Shown here: piece by piece, positions 1 to 8,901 of the stretch
How positions within the stretch are numbered: position 1 is the first letter of the stretch
Layout of the letters: every line of letters starts with the position of its first letter
Source of the DNA: Prosthecobacter sp.
GTDB taxonomy: Bacteria; Verrucomicrobiota; Verrucomicrobiia; Verrucomicrobiales; Verrucomicrobiaceae
NCBI GenBank assembly: GCA_041395065.1
Contig: JAWLBG010000007.1
Location: 46,165-110,164 of the forward strand
Direction of reading: 5' to 3'
Length of the DNA: 64,000 nucleotides
Position numbers and translations under genes: made by a program
Notes under the pieces: model-generated
What the model was told of the DNA's origin: nothing
What the model saw: only the letters and a program-made list of their open reading frames with translations
Databases searched by the model: none

Positions 1-468
1 GCCACTGCCACAGGGGCCGACATGGACGACGTCGCGGGCAAATCGCATCAGCAGATCACGGCATTGCTCAAACACCTCAGCATCACCACCGACCATGACG
101 AGAACGTCCCGCTGCAAAAGCTGCGCACTGCTACCCGAGACGGTCGCATCAAGGTAATGCACGCCTTTTGCCGTCAGCTCTGCACCCAGCGCGGCCATTT
201 CGGACGGGTCACCTGTGGTCGTGTCGACGAGGATCTGTCCGGCACGGAGCTTTGCGTCGCGCAACACATCGCGAACGATGTTCGAGTTCGGCAGGCAGAG
301 GAAAACGACATCACAATGATCAAACACATCTGCCGCCGTGACGGCATTCACGCTACGCGCCTCATCCACATCCCATCCTCGTGATGCTCCGGTCATCTTC
401 ATCAACGCGCCGCCCATCAAGCCCATGCCGATGATGCCGACGGCGGCGGTTGATTCGGAATGACTCAT
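1..468 (-). CDS. NAD(P)-dependent oxidoreductase, 3-hydroxyisobutyrate dehydrogenase family (3' end runs off the window)
   Basis: Translated by hand; absent from the ORF track. MSHSESTAAVGIIGMGLMGG (Rossmann GxGxxG)...DVVFLCLP...VDTTT...YLDATVSGS...VMVGG...HVGPCGSG. Confidence 0.85.
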   Translation of the reverse strand, partial: MSHSESTAAVGIIGMGLMGGALMKMTGASRGWDVDEARSVNAVTAADVFDHCDVVFLCLPNSNIVRDVLRDAKLRAGQILVDTTTGDPSEMAALGAELTAKGVHYLDATVSGSSAQLLQRDVLVMVGGDAEVFEQCRDLLMRFARDVVHVGPCGSG

Positions 469-475
469 GAGATGA

Positions 476-1819
476 TCATCCGTCGATGTTCCAGCCTTCG
501 CGGTACTCCTTCGTCATGAAGGCGTTTGCTTCCGGCGTATCGGGGCTGGTGCCGGTCTTGCCGTCGTATTGGATCTTTTTGCCGACGCGGTAAGCCACGA
601 GGCCGAGGAGCATCATTTCGATCATGTCGGCACTGTAGCCAAAGTTGCAGGCGGTGGGCTTGCTGGGATCGCGGCAGGCATCGAACCACTGTTTTTGAAA
701 CACGCCGACGGGCGGCAGCAGTTTCTCCGACGCACGCGACTTGTAGTAGGTCATGTCCGCGTCATCGCCGAAGGGAAGGATCATGCGCGAGTCGAAGTCG
801 GCGATCAGGAAGCCCTTCGTGCCCTTGAACATGGCGCCATGCGAGATTTTCGTCAGGTCGATGAACGGCTTCGGTGAGCGCGGCATCGCGCCGCCCTGAT
901 ACCAGCTCACGGTTATGGGACCGCGCCAGTCGTTGGCGGGAAGTTCGAAGTGAGACTCGCATTTCACGGGGGTGACATCGGAATTGTAGGGATCGCCTTC
1001 CGCCCTGGCCGAGGTGGGCAGCGCACCGTCCACGGCGTTCCAGAGCAGGTCCATCGTGTGGCTGCCCATGTCGCCGATCTGTCCGGCGCCGAAGTCCCAG
1101 AACATGTTCCAGGAGAGGCAGTTCGCCCCGGCGCGGCCGGAGAAATACGCGGGATTGTAGGGATGGTAGGGTGAAGGGCCGAGCCACAGGTCGTAGTGGA
1201 AGCCCTTCGGCGGCTCGCCCTCTTCGGGGAAATAGCCGGGTTTCGGCAGTTGGCGGTTGCCCCAGGCATAGGCGGACTTCAGCTCGCCGATGGCACCGTC
1301 GCGAATGAGTTCCTTCACGCGGTTGAAATTCTCCTGCGCATGGCGCTGCATGCCGACCTGCGTGGCGAGCTTGTCTTTCTTCGTCTCCCAAGTGGCACGC
1401 ACGGTGCGCGCTTCGTTGACGGTGATTGCCAGCGGCTTTTCGCAATAGACGTGCAGGTCACGCTTGAGCGCCCAGTTCGAAATGAAGGCGTGGGTGTGGT
1501 CCGGCGTACAGATCATCACGGCATCCAAGTCCTTGTGATCGAGGCACTTGCGCCAGTCGATGTAGGTCGTGGCTCCGGGGAAACGCTTCAGCGCATCTGG
1601 AAAACGCTCCTCGTTCACGTCGCAGAGAGCGACGACGTTTTCCTCCGAAAGAGCGTTGTAGTGTGCGAGGCCGCGGCCCCAGACACCGATGAGGGCGACG
1701 TTGAGTTTGTTGCTCGGCGCGTCTTGACCGAACAATGGACGGGTGATCATGCTGCCGGCGACGAGGCCGGCGGCACCGACGAAGCGACGACGAGAGAGAG
1801 GCGCGGGTTGGTTATTCAT
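476..1819 (-). CDS. Tat-exported Gfo/Idh/MocA family oxidoreductase
   Basis: SRRRFV twin-arginine signal, IGVWGRG, TPDHTH, YCEKP, DMGSH. Start moved to the ATG at 1819. Confidence 0.9.
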   Translation of the reverse strand: MNNQPAPLSRRRFVGAAGLVAGSMITRPLFGQDAPSNKLNVALIGVWGRGLAHYNALSEENVVALCDVNEERFPDALKRFPGATTYIDWRKCLDHKDLDAVMICTPDHTHAFISNWALKRDLHVYCEKPLAITVNEARTVRATWETKKDKLATQVGMQRHAQENFNRVKELIRDGAIGELKSAYAWGNRQLPKPGYFPEEGEPPKGFHYDLWLGPSPYHPYNPAYFSGRAGANCLSWNMFWDFGAGQIGDMGSHTMDLLWNAVDGALPTSARAEGDPYNSDVTPVKCESHFELPANDWRGPITVSWYQGGAMPRSPKPFIDLTKISHGAMFKGTKGFLIADFDSRMILPFGDDADMTYYKSRASEKLLPPVGVFQKQWFDACRDPSKPTACNFGYSADMIEMMLLGLVAYRVGKKIQYDGKTGTSPDTPEANAFMTKEYREGWNIDG

Positions 1820-1964
1820 GGCGTCGCATGAAACGACGCGTGGAATCAATCTCAAGCACCAAGGTTGGCAGAAGTCGTGCTTTTCCCGAGTGTTGCGACG
1901 GAAGTTGGGGCTTGCTTACGCGGCTTCAATTTCAGAAGATTTCGGCAACAACAATCAAATCATC

Positions 1965-2414
1965 ATGGAAATACCTACTGCTGCCAAGACACTGCTGGAA
2001 CACAAGGGGCGTGAGGTCTGGACCATTGCGCCAGACGTCACCGTGTTCGAAGCCATCAAGATGATGGCTGACAAAAATGTCGGCGCGCTGCCAGTCATGG
2101 ACGGCACAAAACTCGTGGGCATGATCTCCGAGCGTGACTACATGAGCAAGGTGGTGCTCAAAGGGAAATCGTCGAAGGAGACGCCCGTGAAGGACATCAT
2201 GACCTCCAAGGTGGTGACCGTGGGTCCCGACCACAATGTTTCCAAATGCATGGAAATCGTGACCGAGCATCACATCCGGCATCTGCCGGTCATGGATGGC
2301 GATGAACTTCTCGGCATCGTCTCGATCGGTGATCTTGTGCGCTGGATCATCGCGACGCAGAAGATGACCATCGAGCAACTCGAGGCCTACATCGCCGGCG
2401 GTTATTCCGCGTAG
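1965..2414 (+). CDS. Tandem CBS-domain protein
   Basis: VGALPVMDG..LVGMISERD...IRHLPVMDG..LLGIVSIGDLV. Likely start ATG 1965. Confidence 0.9.
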   Translation: MEIPTAAKTLLEHKGREVWTIAPDVTVFEAIKMMADKNVGALPVMDGTKLVGMISERDYMSKVVLKGKSSKETPVKDIMTSKVVTVGPDHNVSKCMEIVTEHHIRHLPVMDGDELLGIVSIGDLVRWIIATQKMTIEQLEAYIAGGYSA

Positions 2415-2424
2415 AATGCGCGGA

Positions 2425-3036
2425 CTACGAATCGGTCGTGATCTTGAGTTTCCGAAACTCAAGCGCTCCCACCCTTTCGCCTTCCGGTCCGCCCGAGTCA
2501 CCGCCGAGACCGAAGGTCAGTTTCTCCTCGGCGATGCAGGGATTGCTCGCTGTGATGGTCGTATCGTCGATCGTCGCCGTGATCGTAGGGCCGCGGAACA
2601 CGATCTTCACGTGATGCCAGACGCCTGGCGGCAGGACGTTCGCCTGTTTGAGCAACTCGACGTTCTCGCCCTTCTTCGGATGCGCGAGGATGCGTAGCGT
2701 GTCCTTGCCCATGACGAGATGAACGATGTGCCCGCGTTCCTGGGAACCGTTGAAAATGATGCCGGCGAACGTGGCTTTGCCTTCGAGGCGGAAGTCACAT
2801 TCGATCACTGCGTCCGTGAGCGGTAGCTTGCGCATCTTCACCGGTCCGTGGCGACGCTCGCCGGATTCGAAGCCGCGCAGCACGCCATCTTTGGCCGACC
2901 AGGTGCCGAGTCCCCAGAACCACTCCTTCGAGAGTTCGGTGGTGAAGGATTCCTCGAGCAGGGTTTTGGACTCGGCGCTCAGGGAGACACCACAAAGCGT
3001 GCCGAGGAACACTGCGATGAGAATGACGAGTCTCAT
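2425..3036 (-). CDS. Secreted ConA-like/DUF1080-like beta-sandwich protein
   Basis: Signal peptide MRLVILIAVF; GTWSAKDGVL, WHHVKI, LEFRKLKI. Confidence 0.7.
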   Translation of the reverse strand: MRLVILIAVFLGTLCGVSLSAESKTLLEESFTTELSKEWFWGLGTWSAKDGVLRGFESGERRHGPVKMRKLPLTDAVIECDFRLEGKATFAGIIFNGSQERGHIVHLVMGKDTLRILAHPKKGENVELLKQANVLPPGVWHHVKIVFRGPTITATIDDTTITASNPCIAEEKLTFGLGGDSGGPEGERVGALEFRKLKITTDS

Positions 3037-3058
3037 GATGAGCCGGCGGTGCAGGAAT

Positions 3059-3652
3059 TCACTTCTCGCCACAGATCTTCAGGTTGCGCACCTTCACGGA
3101 CTTTCCGGCGGCGAGCCAGCTTCGCGCTTTAGGTGTCGCCAAGAACGTGTGCTGGGCACGCAGTTCTTTACCATCGAGCACGGCGGCCATTTGATCGCCT
3201 TTCCATTCGACGTGCAGCTTGTGCCATTCGTTGGGCTTCACAGCCATCGGGAGCTTGGCGATCGTGTGGGACGGTTTCTCGGAATCTTCGGCGATGCTGA
3301 GGCCGGCGGCGTTGACGACAACGCGCCCGACATGCTTGTCGGAATCACAGCCGACGAGGAAACTGCCGGGTCCTTCGATCAGAAACTCGACATCAATCGA
3401 CGCACTCGCCAGACCGACCTTGTGATGTAGTACGGGGATGTGCTTTTCCTCAGGCAGGTCCAGCACGCTCAGCACGTCGCCTTCCGGGGTCCATTTACCT
3501 TTCGCGATGCTGAAACTGGCGTCGAGGGGGCTCTTAAAATCGGGCGCGGCGAGCACGGGCAGTTCGTGATCATGCAGCAGCGGTTTGGCATCGCCTGCCA
3601 GGGTCAATGTGGAAACGGCGAGAAGCGCGAAGAGTGCGTGGAGGGTTTTCAT
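3059..3652 (-). CDS. Secreted ConA-like/DUF1080-like beta-sandwich protein (paralog of 2425-3036)
   Basis: Signal peptide; GKWTPEGDVL, WHKLHVEW, VKVRNLKI. Confidence 0.7.
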   Translation of the reverse strand: MKTLHALFALLAVSTLTLAGDAKPLLHDHELPVLAAPDFKSPLDASFSIAKGKWTPEGDVLSVLDLPEEKHIPVLHHKVGLASASIDVEFLIEGPGSFLVGCDSDKHVGRVVVNAAGLSIAEDSEKPSHTIAKLPMAVKPNEWHKLHVEWKGDQMAAVLDGKELRAQHTFLATPKARSWLAAGKSVKVRNLKICGEK

Positions 3653-5196
3653 GGTCGGGGCAGGGTGGATTCAACGTGGATGTCATCGATTTCGATCCCT
3701 TTTTCGCCGCCGTTCTGCATCCAGAGCAGCTTGCGCTTGCCAGCGTTGAAGTTGGCGCGGGAGAGCGTTTTGGCCCAGAGCTTGTCGTCCACACTCATTG
3801 CGACCGACTTGCCTTGGAAGACGAGTTTGACGGTGTGCCACACGTTCGCACCGAGATCGACCTTTTCGATCGAGAGAAATTCGTTCAGCCGATACGCACC
3901 GCTCACCTTGTCGGCGGGACGCTCCTGTTTTTGACGCAGCGGATGGTTCGGGTCGAGCGAATGCGAATCGACCTGAAGCTGCACGCCGTCGCGCAGCAGT
4001 TTCACGCGCAGCATGTGGTCCACGCTGCCGAAGCCATCGTCACCATCGACGAAGAACCACAGCATGCCGCCCGGGCCGAGATGGCGGTAGCGAAAGGAGA
4101 TCGCGAGATCCTTGCCGCTCACCGGGAGATAGACCATCGGCGGATACTTCCCGCCGCTGCTTCCGCGCGTCCACATCACGCCATCGCGCACCTCCGTGTT
4201 CTTGTTCGGGATCGGCGTGGTGAATCGTTTCGGATCAAAGCCGGCGTCGAAGGTCTCCACGATGGGCGCGGGCGTGAGGTAGTCGAGTGATTCGAGGAAG
4301 GCGTCCACCTCCGCCAGTGTCTTGTAGTAGTGAAGCTTTGCCCCCGCGCCTGCTTCATCCTTCCAGCGGCCCGGATTGAAGAAGCCGTGCGGCTGGCCTT
4401 CGTAGGCTTTCAACTCGCAGCGATTGCCGACGGCGCTCATCGCCTTTTGAAACAACTGCACGGTCGGAAACGCCACCGCTTCGTCGTTCGTGCCGTGGAA
4501 GATGATGCTCGGCGGAAGTCCGGCGCGCACGAAATGATAGGGCGAAACCTCCTGCGGACGGCCATCGCAGCGTTCGCGGATGTCGGCGAACTTTTCGGCG
4601 GTCAGCAAATCGGGATGCCCGTCCACCGGGGCCAGCACGACGGCGGGATTGAACAGCAGCATTGCGTTCGGCACGGAGCTGACACCCTTGTTGTCTTCGT
4701 CTTCAAAGCCGGGCAGCAAGGCCGTCGCCGCAGCGAGATGACCGCCGGCTGAGCCGCCGCCAGCCACGATGCGGTCCGGATCGACACCCAGCCGCCCGGC
4801 ATTCGCGCGCACCCAGCGGATCGCTGCCTTCGCATCGCTCACGCAGTCCTGCGGGAACACGTTGTGACGGCTTTTGACACGATAATCAACCGAGATCGCC
4901 ACCATGCCGCGCTCGGCGAGGTGCAGGCATTGCGGCAGAAACTGCCCCGGCGTGCCGCCCTTCCATCCGCCACCGAAAAAGAACACTGCGGTAGGTCGGC
5001 GATCCGTCTTCGCGTGATTCTTCGGCTCGAAGATGTAGGCGTTGAGCTTCACATCGCCGACCGTGCGATACACCTCCACGCGCGAGCCGGTCATCTCCGG
5101 CGGGTATTTCCAGCTGATCGTCGGCTCAGGAAGATCCTCCGCGGCGTTCAGGCAGGTGAGATACAAAAGGGGAATCAGGGAGCGGACGAGTTTCAT
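3649..5196 (-). CDS. Secreted alpha/beta-hydrolase (esterase) fused to a C-terminal ConA-like domain
   Basis: FFGGGW oxyanion loop, GGSAGG nucleophile, HGTNDE, HGFFN; C-terminal WHTVKL...IEIDDIHV. Confidence 0.85.
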   Translation of the reverse strand: MKLVRSLIPLLYLTCLNAAEDLPEPTISWKYPPEMTGSRVEVYRTVGDVKLNAYIFEPKNHAKTDRRPTAVFFFGGGWKGGTPGQFLPQCLHLAERGMVAISVDYRVKSRHNVFPQDCVSDAKAAIRWVRANAGRLGVDPDRIVAGGGSAGGHLAAATALLPGFEDEDNKGVSSVPNAMLLFNPAVVLAPVDGHPDLLTAEKFADIRERCDGRPQEVSPYHFVRAGLPPSIIFHGTNDEAVAFPTVQLFQKAMSAVGNRCELKAYEGQPHGFFNPGRWKDEAGAGAKLHYYKTLAEVDAFLESLDYLTPAPIVETFDAGFDPKRFTTPIPNKNTEVRDGVMWTRGSSGGKYPPMVYLPVSGKDLAISFRYRHLGPGGMLWFFVDGDDGFGSVDHMLRVKLLRDGVQLQVDSHSLDPNHPLRQKQERPADKVSGAYRLNEFLSIEKVDLGANVWHTVKLVFQGKSVAMSVDDKLWAKTLSRANFNAGKRKLLWMQNGGEKGIEIDDIHVESTLPRP

Positions 5197-6474
5197 CGGG
5201 AGGTGTGGTGCAAAGCCGAGCGCAGGGCAGGGGTGTCGAGTGTGCGGGTGATGCGAAAGACGCCGGCAGGGCCATTCGGATGACCGGAGTAGATGAAGAC
5301 GTGCTGAACGCCGCGTTTTTCATCGATGACGGCTCCAGCGGGATGGAATCCATCGGCGGTGCTGTAGAATTTGCCTTCGGTTCCCACGAGCCGGCATTCG
5401 CGACGCCACTGTCCTTGATGCCAGTCCGACGGGGCCATGCTCCAGAGCCAGAGTTCCATGCGCTGCCGTTCACTGCGCACGATCTCGAAGCGCTTCGTCA
5501 CGGGATTGAACGAAAAATCCACGGTGTCCACGAGGCGTGGATCCTCAAGATTCGTGTCGATCACCTCCGGCTTCGCTCCGGGCCGCCAGGTGATCTGCTT
5601 GTGGGCGCGCACCTCAGTTTGATCGCGAGTGACGAGAAGCAGTTGATTGTCGTGGAGCAGCGCGGCGGGTTCGTATTGCGGGAATCCGGCGGCATGTTCC
5701 TCCACGTCCCAACTGGCGCCGCTGTCACGGGAGTTCAGGGCGACGAACTGTCGTGGAGTCCTTCCTTTTTCAGCTTCGCTTCATTGATGCCAAACCAGTT
5801 GCCGAAGACCAGCAGACCGCGTTCGGGATGATCGATGATGCGCGGTCCGATGTTGATCAGCGGATGCGGAAAGGTGTCGTCGCGCAGTGCCGTGGGGAAA
5901 TGACGCCAGGTCCGCCGGTGTCCTCGGAGCGGAACACGCCGTGATTGTTCACCGCAATCACCGCACCATCACGTGCGGTGCCGATCGCATGCAGATGCAC
6001 CTTGTAACCTTCTTTCGAATGGTTGGCCGGATCGAACTTGGCCCGGTGGGACAGCGGCACGAGGCCGCCGCGTTCACGATCAGCCGGCTGCATGCAGTCA
6101 CGCAGATCATAGGGCCGCGACCATGTCTTGCCGCCGTCGTCGCTGCGCAAAACGATGCCGTACGACATCTGCGCGTCCGGTTTGCCCGCACCTTTGGGAT
6201 TGTGACCGGGAATGCGGCGATGCATGACGACGATCGTGTCGCCCGTCATCGTCGCAATCGGCCAGCCGTAGTGATTGCAATCGCCCGCATCGTCGGCCGG
6301 CAGATCCACCGGCGCGATTTCGATCACACCGGCGTTCTGCGCCCGCGCCAGTTCATCCGCCGAGTCCGGCGTGAGAGGCAGCAGGCGCGATGATGGCGGC
6401 TCAGCACCGCGCAGTGACGCCAGCAGCAGAAACGCGGCAGCCGCCACGTGCTTGATGACCGGGACGGGGCGCAT
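5193..6474 (-). pseudogene. Secreted Asp-box (BNR, sialidase-like) beta-propeller gene split by two single-base frameshifts (pseudogene or sequencing error)
   Basis: ORFs 5857-6474 and 5193-5705 join through an intermediate frame (TWRHFPTALRDD...GNWFGINE). Restoring one base near 5913 and one at 5766-5770 gives a single frame with Asp-boxes SDDGGKTW, SEDTGxTW and SRDSGASW. Confidence 0.75.
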
Positions 6475-6477
6475 CGT

Positions 6478-7440
6478 TCACTTCGCCGCTTTCAGCGTGG
6501 CGATGAGGAATTCCGTGGGCGTGGCGTGCTTCACGTCTGGTGCACCAGGATAGACGAGTTCGCAGGGCACCTTGGTGGCGACGCAATGCTCCTGCAGCTT
6601 GATGCCGAAGTTCGAGGTGTGCGTCGGATCTTTCTGATCCTGGCCGAGCGCGGGCGGAGCGGAGTAGATGAGATAAACCGGGGGATCGTCGGCGGTCACA
6701 AGCGCATACGGCGAATACTCCGCGATCCAGGGCAGGATCTTCTCGCGTCCGGCGAGGAACTCCGCAAACGAGCCGATGCCAAAGGCATGGCCGCCGTAGC
6801 GGCTGTTTGGCGTCCACTCCTTCATCTGCTGCGGATCGAGCGTGGTCTGTGCGCCCGTCACGGCGGCGCACTGCAGGCGCGAAGACTCGCGGGCGACAGG
6901 GTCGCTGCTCGCGGGATCGGCGAGATCATCATGAAACGCGAGCCAGAGGCTCGAGCAAGCACCAGCGGAACCACCGGCCGCGCCGACGCGCGTCTTGTCG
7001 ATGTTCCACTCGGCCGCCTTACTGCGGACAAACTGGAGGGCGCGAGCGGCATCATGCAACGGCGCTTTGACCGGCGGTGTGATCTTGTCCTCCGCGGCGT
7101 GCTTCATGAGGCGGTAGTTGATGGCCACCACCGAGATGCCCTGCGCGAGGAGATCCTCGACGCTGACGAACTTGTTCACGCGCTCCTTCTCGCCGCTCTG
7201 CCAGCCGCCACCGTGAATGACGAACACCAGCGGCGTCGGCGTGGCGGACTCGGCCTTCCAGAAATCGAGGATGTGCCGCTCATGCGTTCCATAGGGCACA
7301 TTGGCCATGGTTGGCTTCACGACCGCCGGATTGGCCGGGGCCGCTTTCTTCTTGGCGGGGGCCTTGGCTTTGGGGGTGTCGGCGGCTGAAAGAGCCAGCG
7401 CCGGGAGGCAAAGAAGCAGGGTGATGAGGGCGGGTTTCAT
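6478..7440 (-). CDS. Secreted alpha/beta-hydrolase (BD-FAE-like esterase)
   Basis: HGGGW, INYRL, GGSAGA; signal peptide from ATG 7440. Confidence 0.85.
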   Translation of the reverse strand: MKPALITLLLCLPALALSAADTPKAKAPAKKKAAPANPAVVKPTMANVPYGTHERHILDFWKAESATPTPLVFVIHGGGWQSGEKERVNKFVSVEDLLAQGISVVAINYRLMKHAAEDKITPPVKAPLHDAARALQFVRSKAAEWNIDKTRVGAAGGSAGACSSLWLAFHDDLADPASSDPVARESSRLQCAAVTGAQTTLDPQQMKEWTPNSRYGGHAFGIGSFAEFLAGREKILPWIAEYSPYALVTADDPPVYLIYSAPPALGQDQKDPTHTSNFGIKLQEHCVATKVPCELVYPGAPDVKHATPTEFLIATLKAAK

Positions 7441-7632
7441 GCAGAGGTGAGGTTGGAGGCCTTGCGACCGGAATGAAAGGAACGGAGCCAGGGGGCCGAC
7501 CATGCATGCTTTGCCGCTGAAAACTCGGCCCGGCGGGGGATGGCCGGTCGGCACAGGAGCTGCTTCCTCGTCGTTCCGAGGGTGAAACAGAACGCCTCCG
7601 AACGGCGTTTAAAGGCCCCCAAAACACCCCGT

Positions 7633-8901
7633 ATGAATCGTCGTCACTTCCTTCTCAGTTCCCTCGGCACCACGCTCGCGCTGCCGGGCATGTCCTCGCT
7701 CATGGCCAAAGGCGCCACGGGAGGCTCCGTGCGGGCGGCCAAAGGAGCAGGCATGGGAGCACGGCGGTTCGTTGCCATCGGCAATCTGCTCGGCTACCAG
7801 ACGAAGAGCCTTTTTCCCACGACCACGGGCCGTAACTACGAGAAAACGGCGCTGCTGGAGCCCGTGTGGGACATCCGTGACAAGATGACCGTCCTCCGCG
7901 GCCTCGACCATGGCGTGAAGGGCGGGCACTTTGCGGTGCATTCGTTCCTGTCCGGCGTGCTGAACTCCGAGGCGCAGAACCGCCCGGACGGCAATGTGAC
8001 CATCGACCAGTATCTCGCGGACGAGATTGGCTTTGAGACGCGTTTCCCGTCGCTCACGGTCGGTTCGGAAGGCGGCATCCATGGTGGCTGCCAGATCGCG
8101 TGGACGAAGTCGGGCGTGCGTGTGCCGCCGGTGACGAATCCTGCGGAGCTGTTCGAGAAGCTTTTCGTCACCGACTCGAAAGAACGTCAAGCGCGTCGCA
8201 TGGAGGAGAACAAGGTGCAGGCGTCCATCCTCGATTCCGTGCTGGAGGAGGCGAACCGCCTTTCCAAGAAGGTGAACAAGGAGGACAAGGACAAGCTCGA
8301 CGAATACCTGACCTCCGTGCGCGATGTGGAGAAGCGTCTCGAATTGCGCCAGCGCTGGACGAACCAGCCGAAGCCCAAAGCGCCTTTCGAAAAACCTGCG
8401 AACCGCAACGCGGTCGAAGATCTGCCGCTGCTGTATGAGATGATCGCACTCGCCTTGCAGACGGACAGCACGCGCATCGCCACGCTGGAAATCGGCGGCG
8501 ACTTCATGCCGCAGCATCTCGGCATCAAGAAGGACTGGCATGGCCTGTCGCACCACGGCAACGATCCGGAGTCCATCGCGAGCCTCGTCACACTGGAGAA
8601 GTATCAGATCGAGCACTTCGGCAAGTTCGTCGCCCGTCTCTCGAAGATGAACGACGGCGAGCGCACGCTGCTCGACTCCACGACTGTGATGTTCGGCAGC
8701 GGCATGGGTGACGGCAACTCGCACAAGAACTCCGATCTGCCCATCCTCCTCGCCGGCGGCGGCTACAAGCACGGTGAATTCCGTCAGGTGCCAAACCAGG
8801 GCATCAACAAGGTGCCGCTGTGTAATCTCTTCGTGGACATCGCGCAGAAGATGGGCGTGGAGACCGATTCGTTCGGCAGCAGCACAGGACGTTTCGCGTG
8901 A
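7633..8901 (+). CDS. DUF1552 family Tat-exported protein
   Basis: MNRRHFL; TRFPSL, LDEYLTSVRDVEKRL, LALQTDSTRIAT, HGLSHHG, LPILLAGG. Confidence 0.9.
   Translation: MNRRHFLLSSLGTTLALPGMSSLMAKGATGGSVRAAKGAGMGARRFVAIGNLLGYQTKSLFPTTTGRNYEKTALLEPVWDIRDKMTVLRGLDHGVKGGHFAVHSFLSGVLNSEAQNRPDGNVTIDQYLADEIGFETRFPSLTVGSEGGIHGGCQIAWTKSGVRVPPVTNPAELFEKLFVTDSKERQARRMEENKVQASILDSVLEEANRLSKKVNKEDKDKLDEYLTSVRDVEKRLELRQRWTNQPKPKAPFEKPANRNAVEDLPLLYEMIALALQTDSTRIATLEIGGDFMPQHLGIKKDWHGLSHHGNDPESIASLVTLEKYQIEHFGKFVARLSKMNDGERTLLDSTTVMFGSGMGDGNSHKNSDLPILLAGGGYKHGEFRQVPNQGINKVPLCNLFVDIAQKMGVETDSFGSSTGRFA

Noticed and set aside
22-384. Plus-strand 120-aa ORF
   Set aside because: Antisense shadow of the minus-strand dehydrogenase at 1-468, which has clear family motifs.
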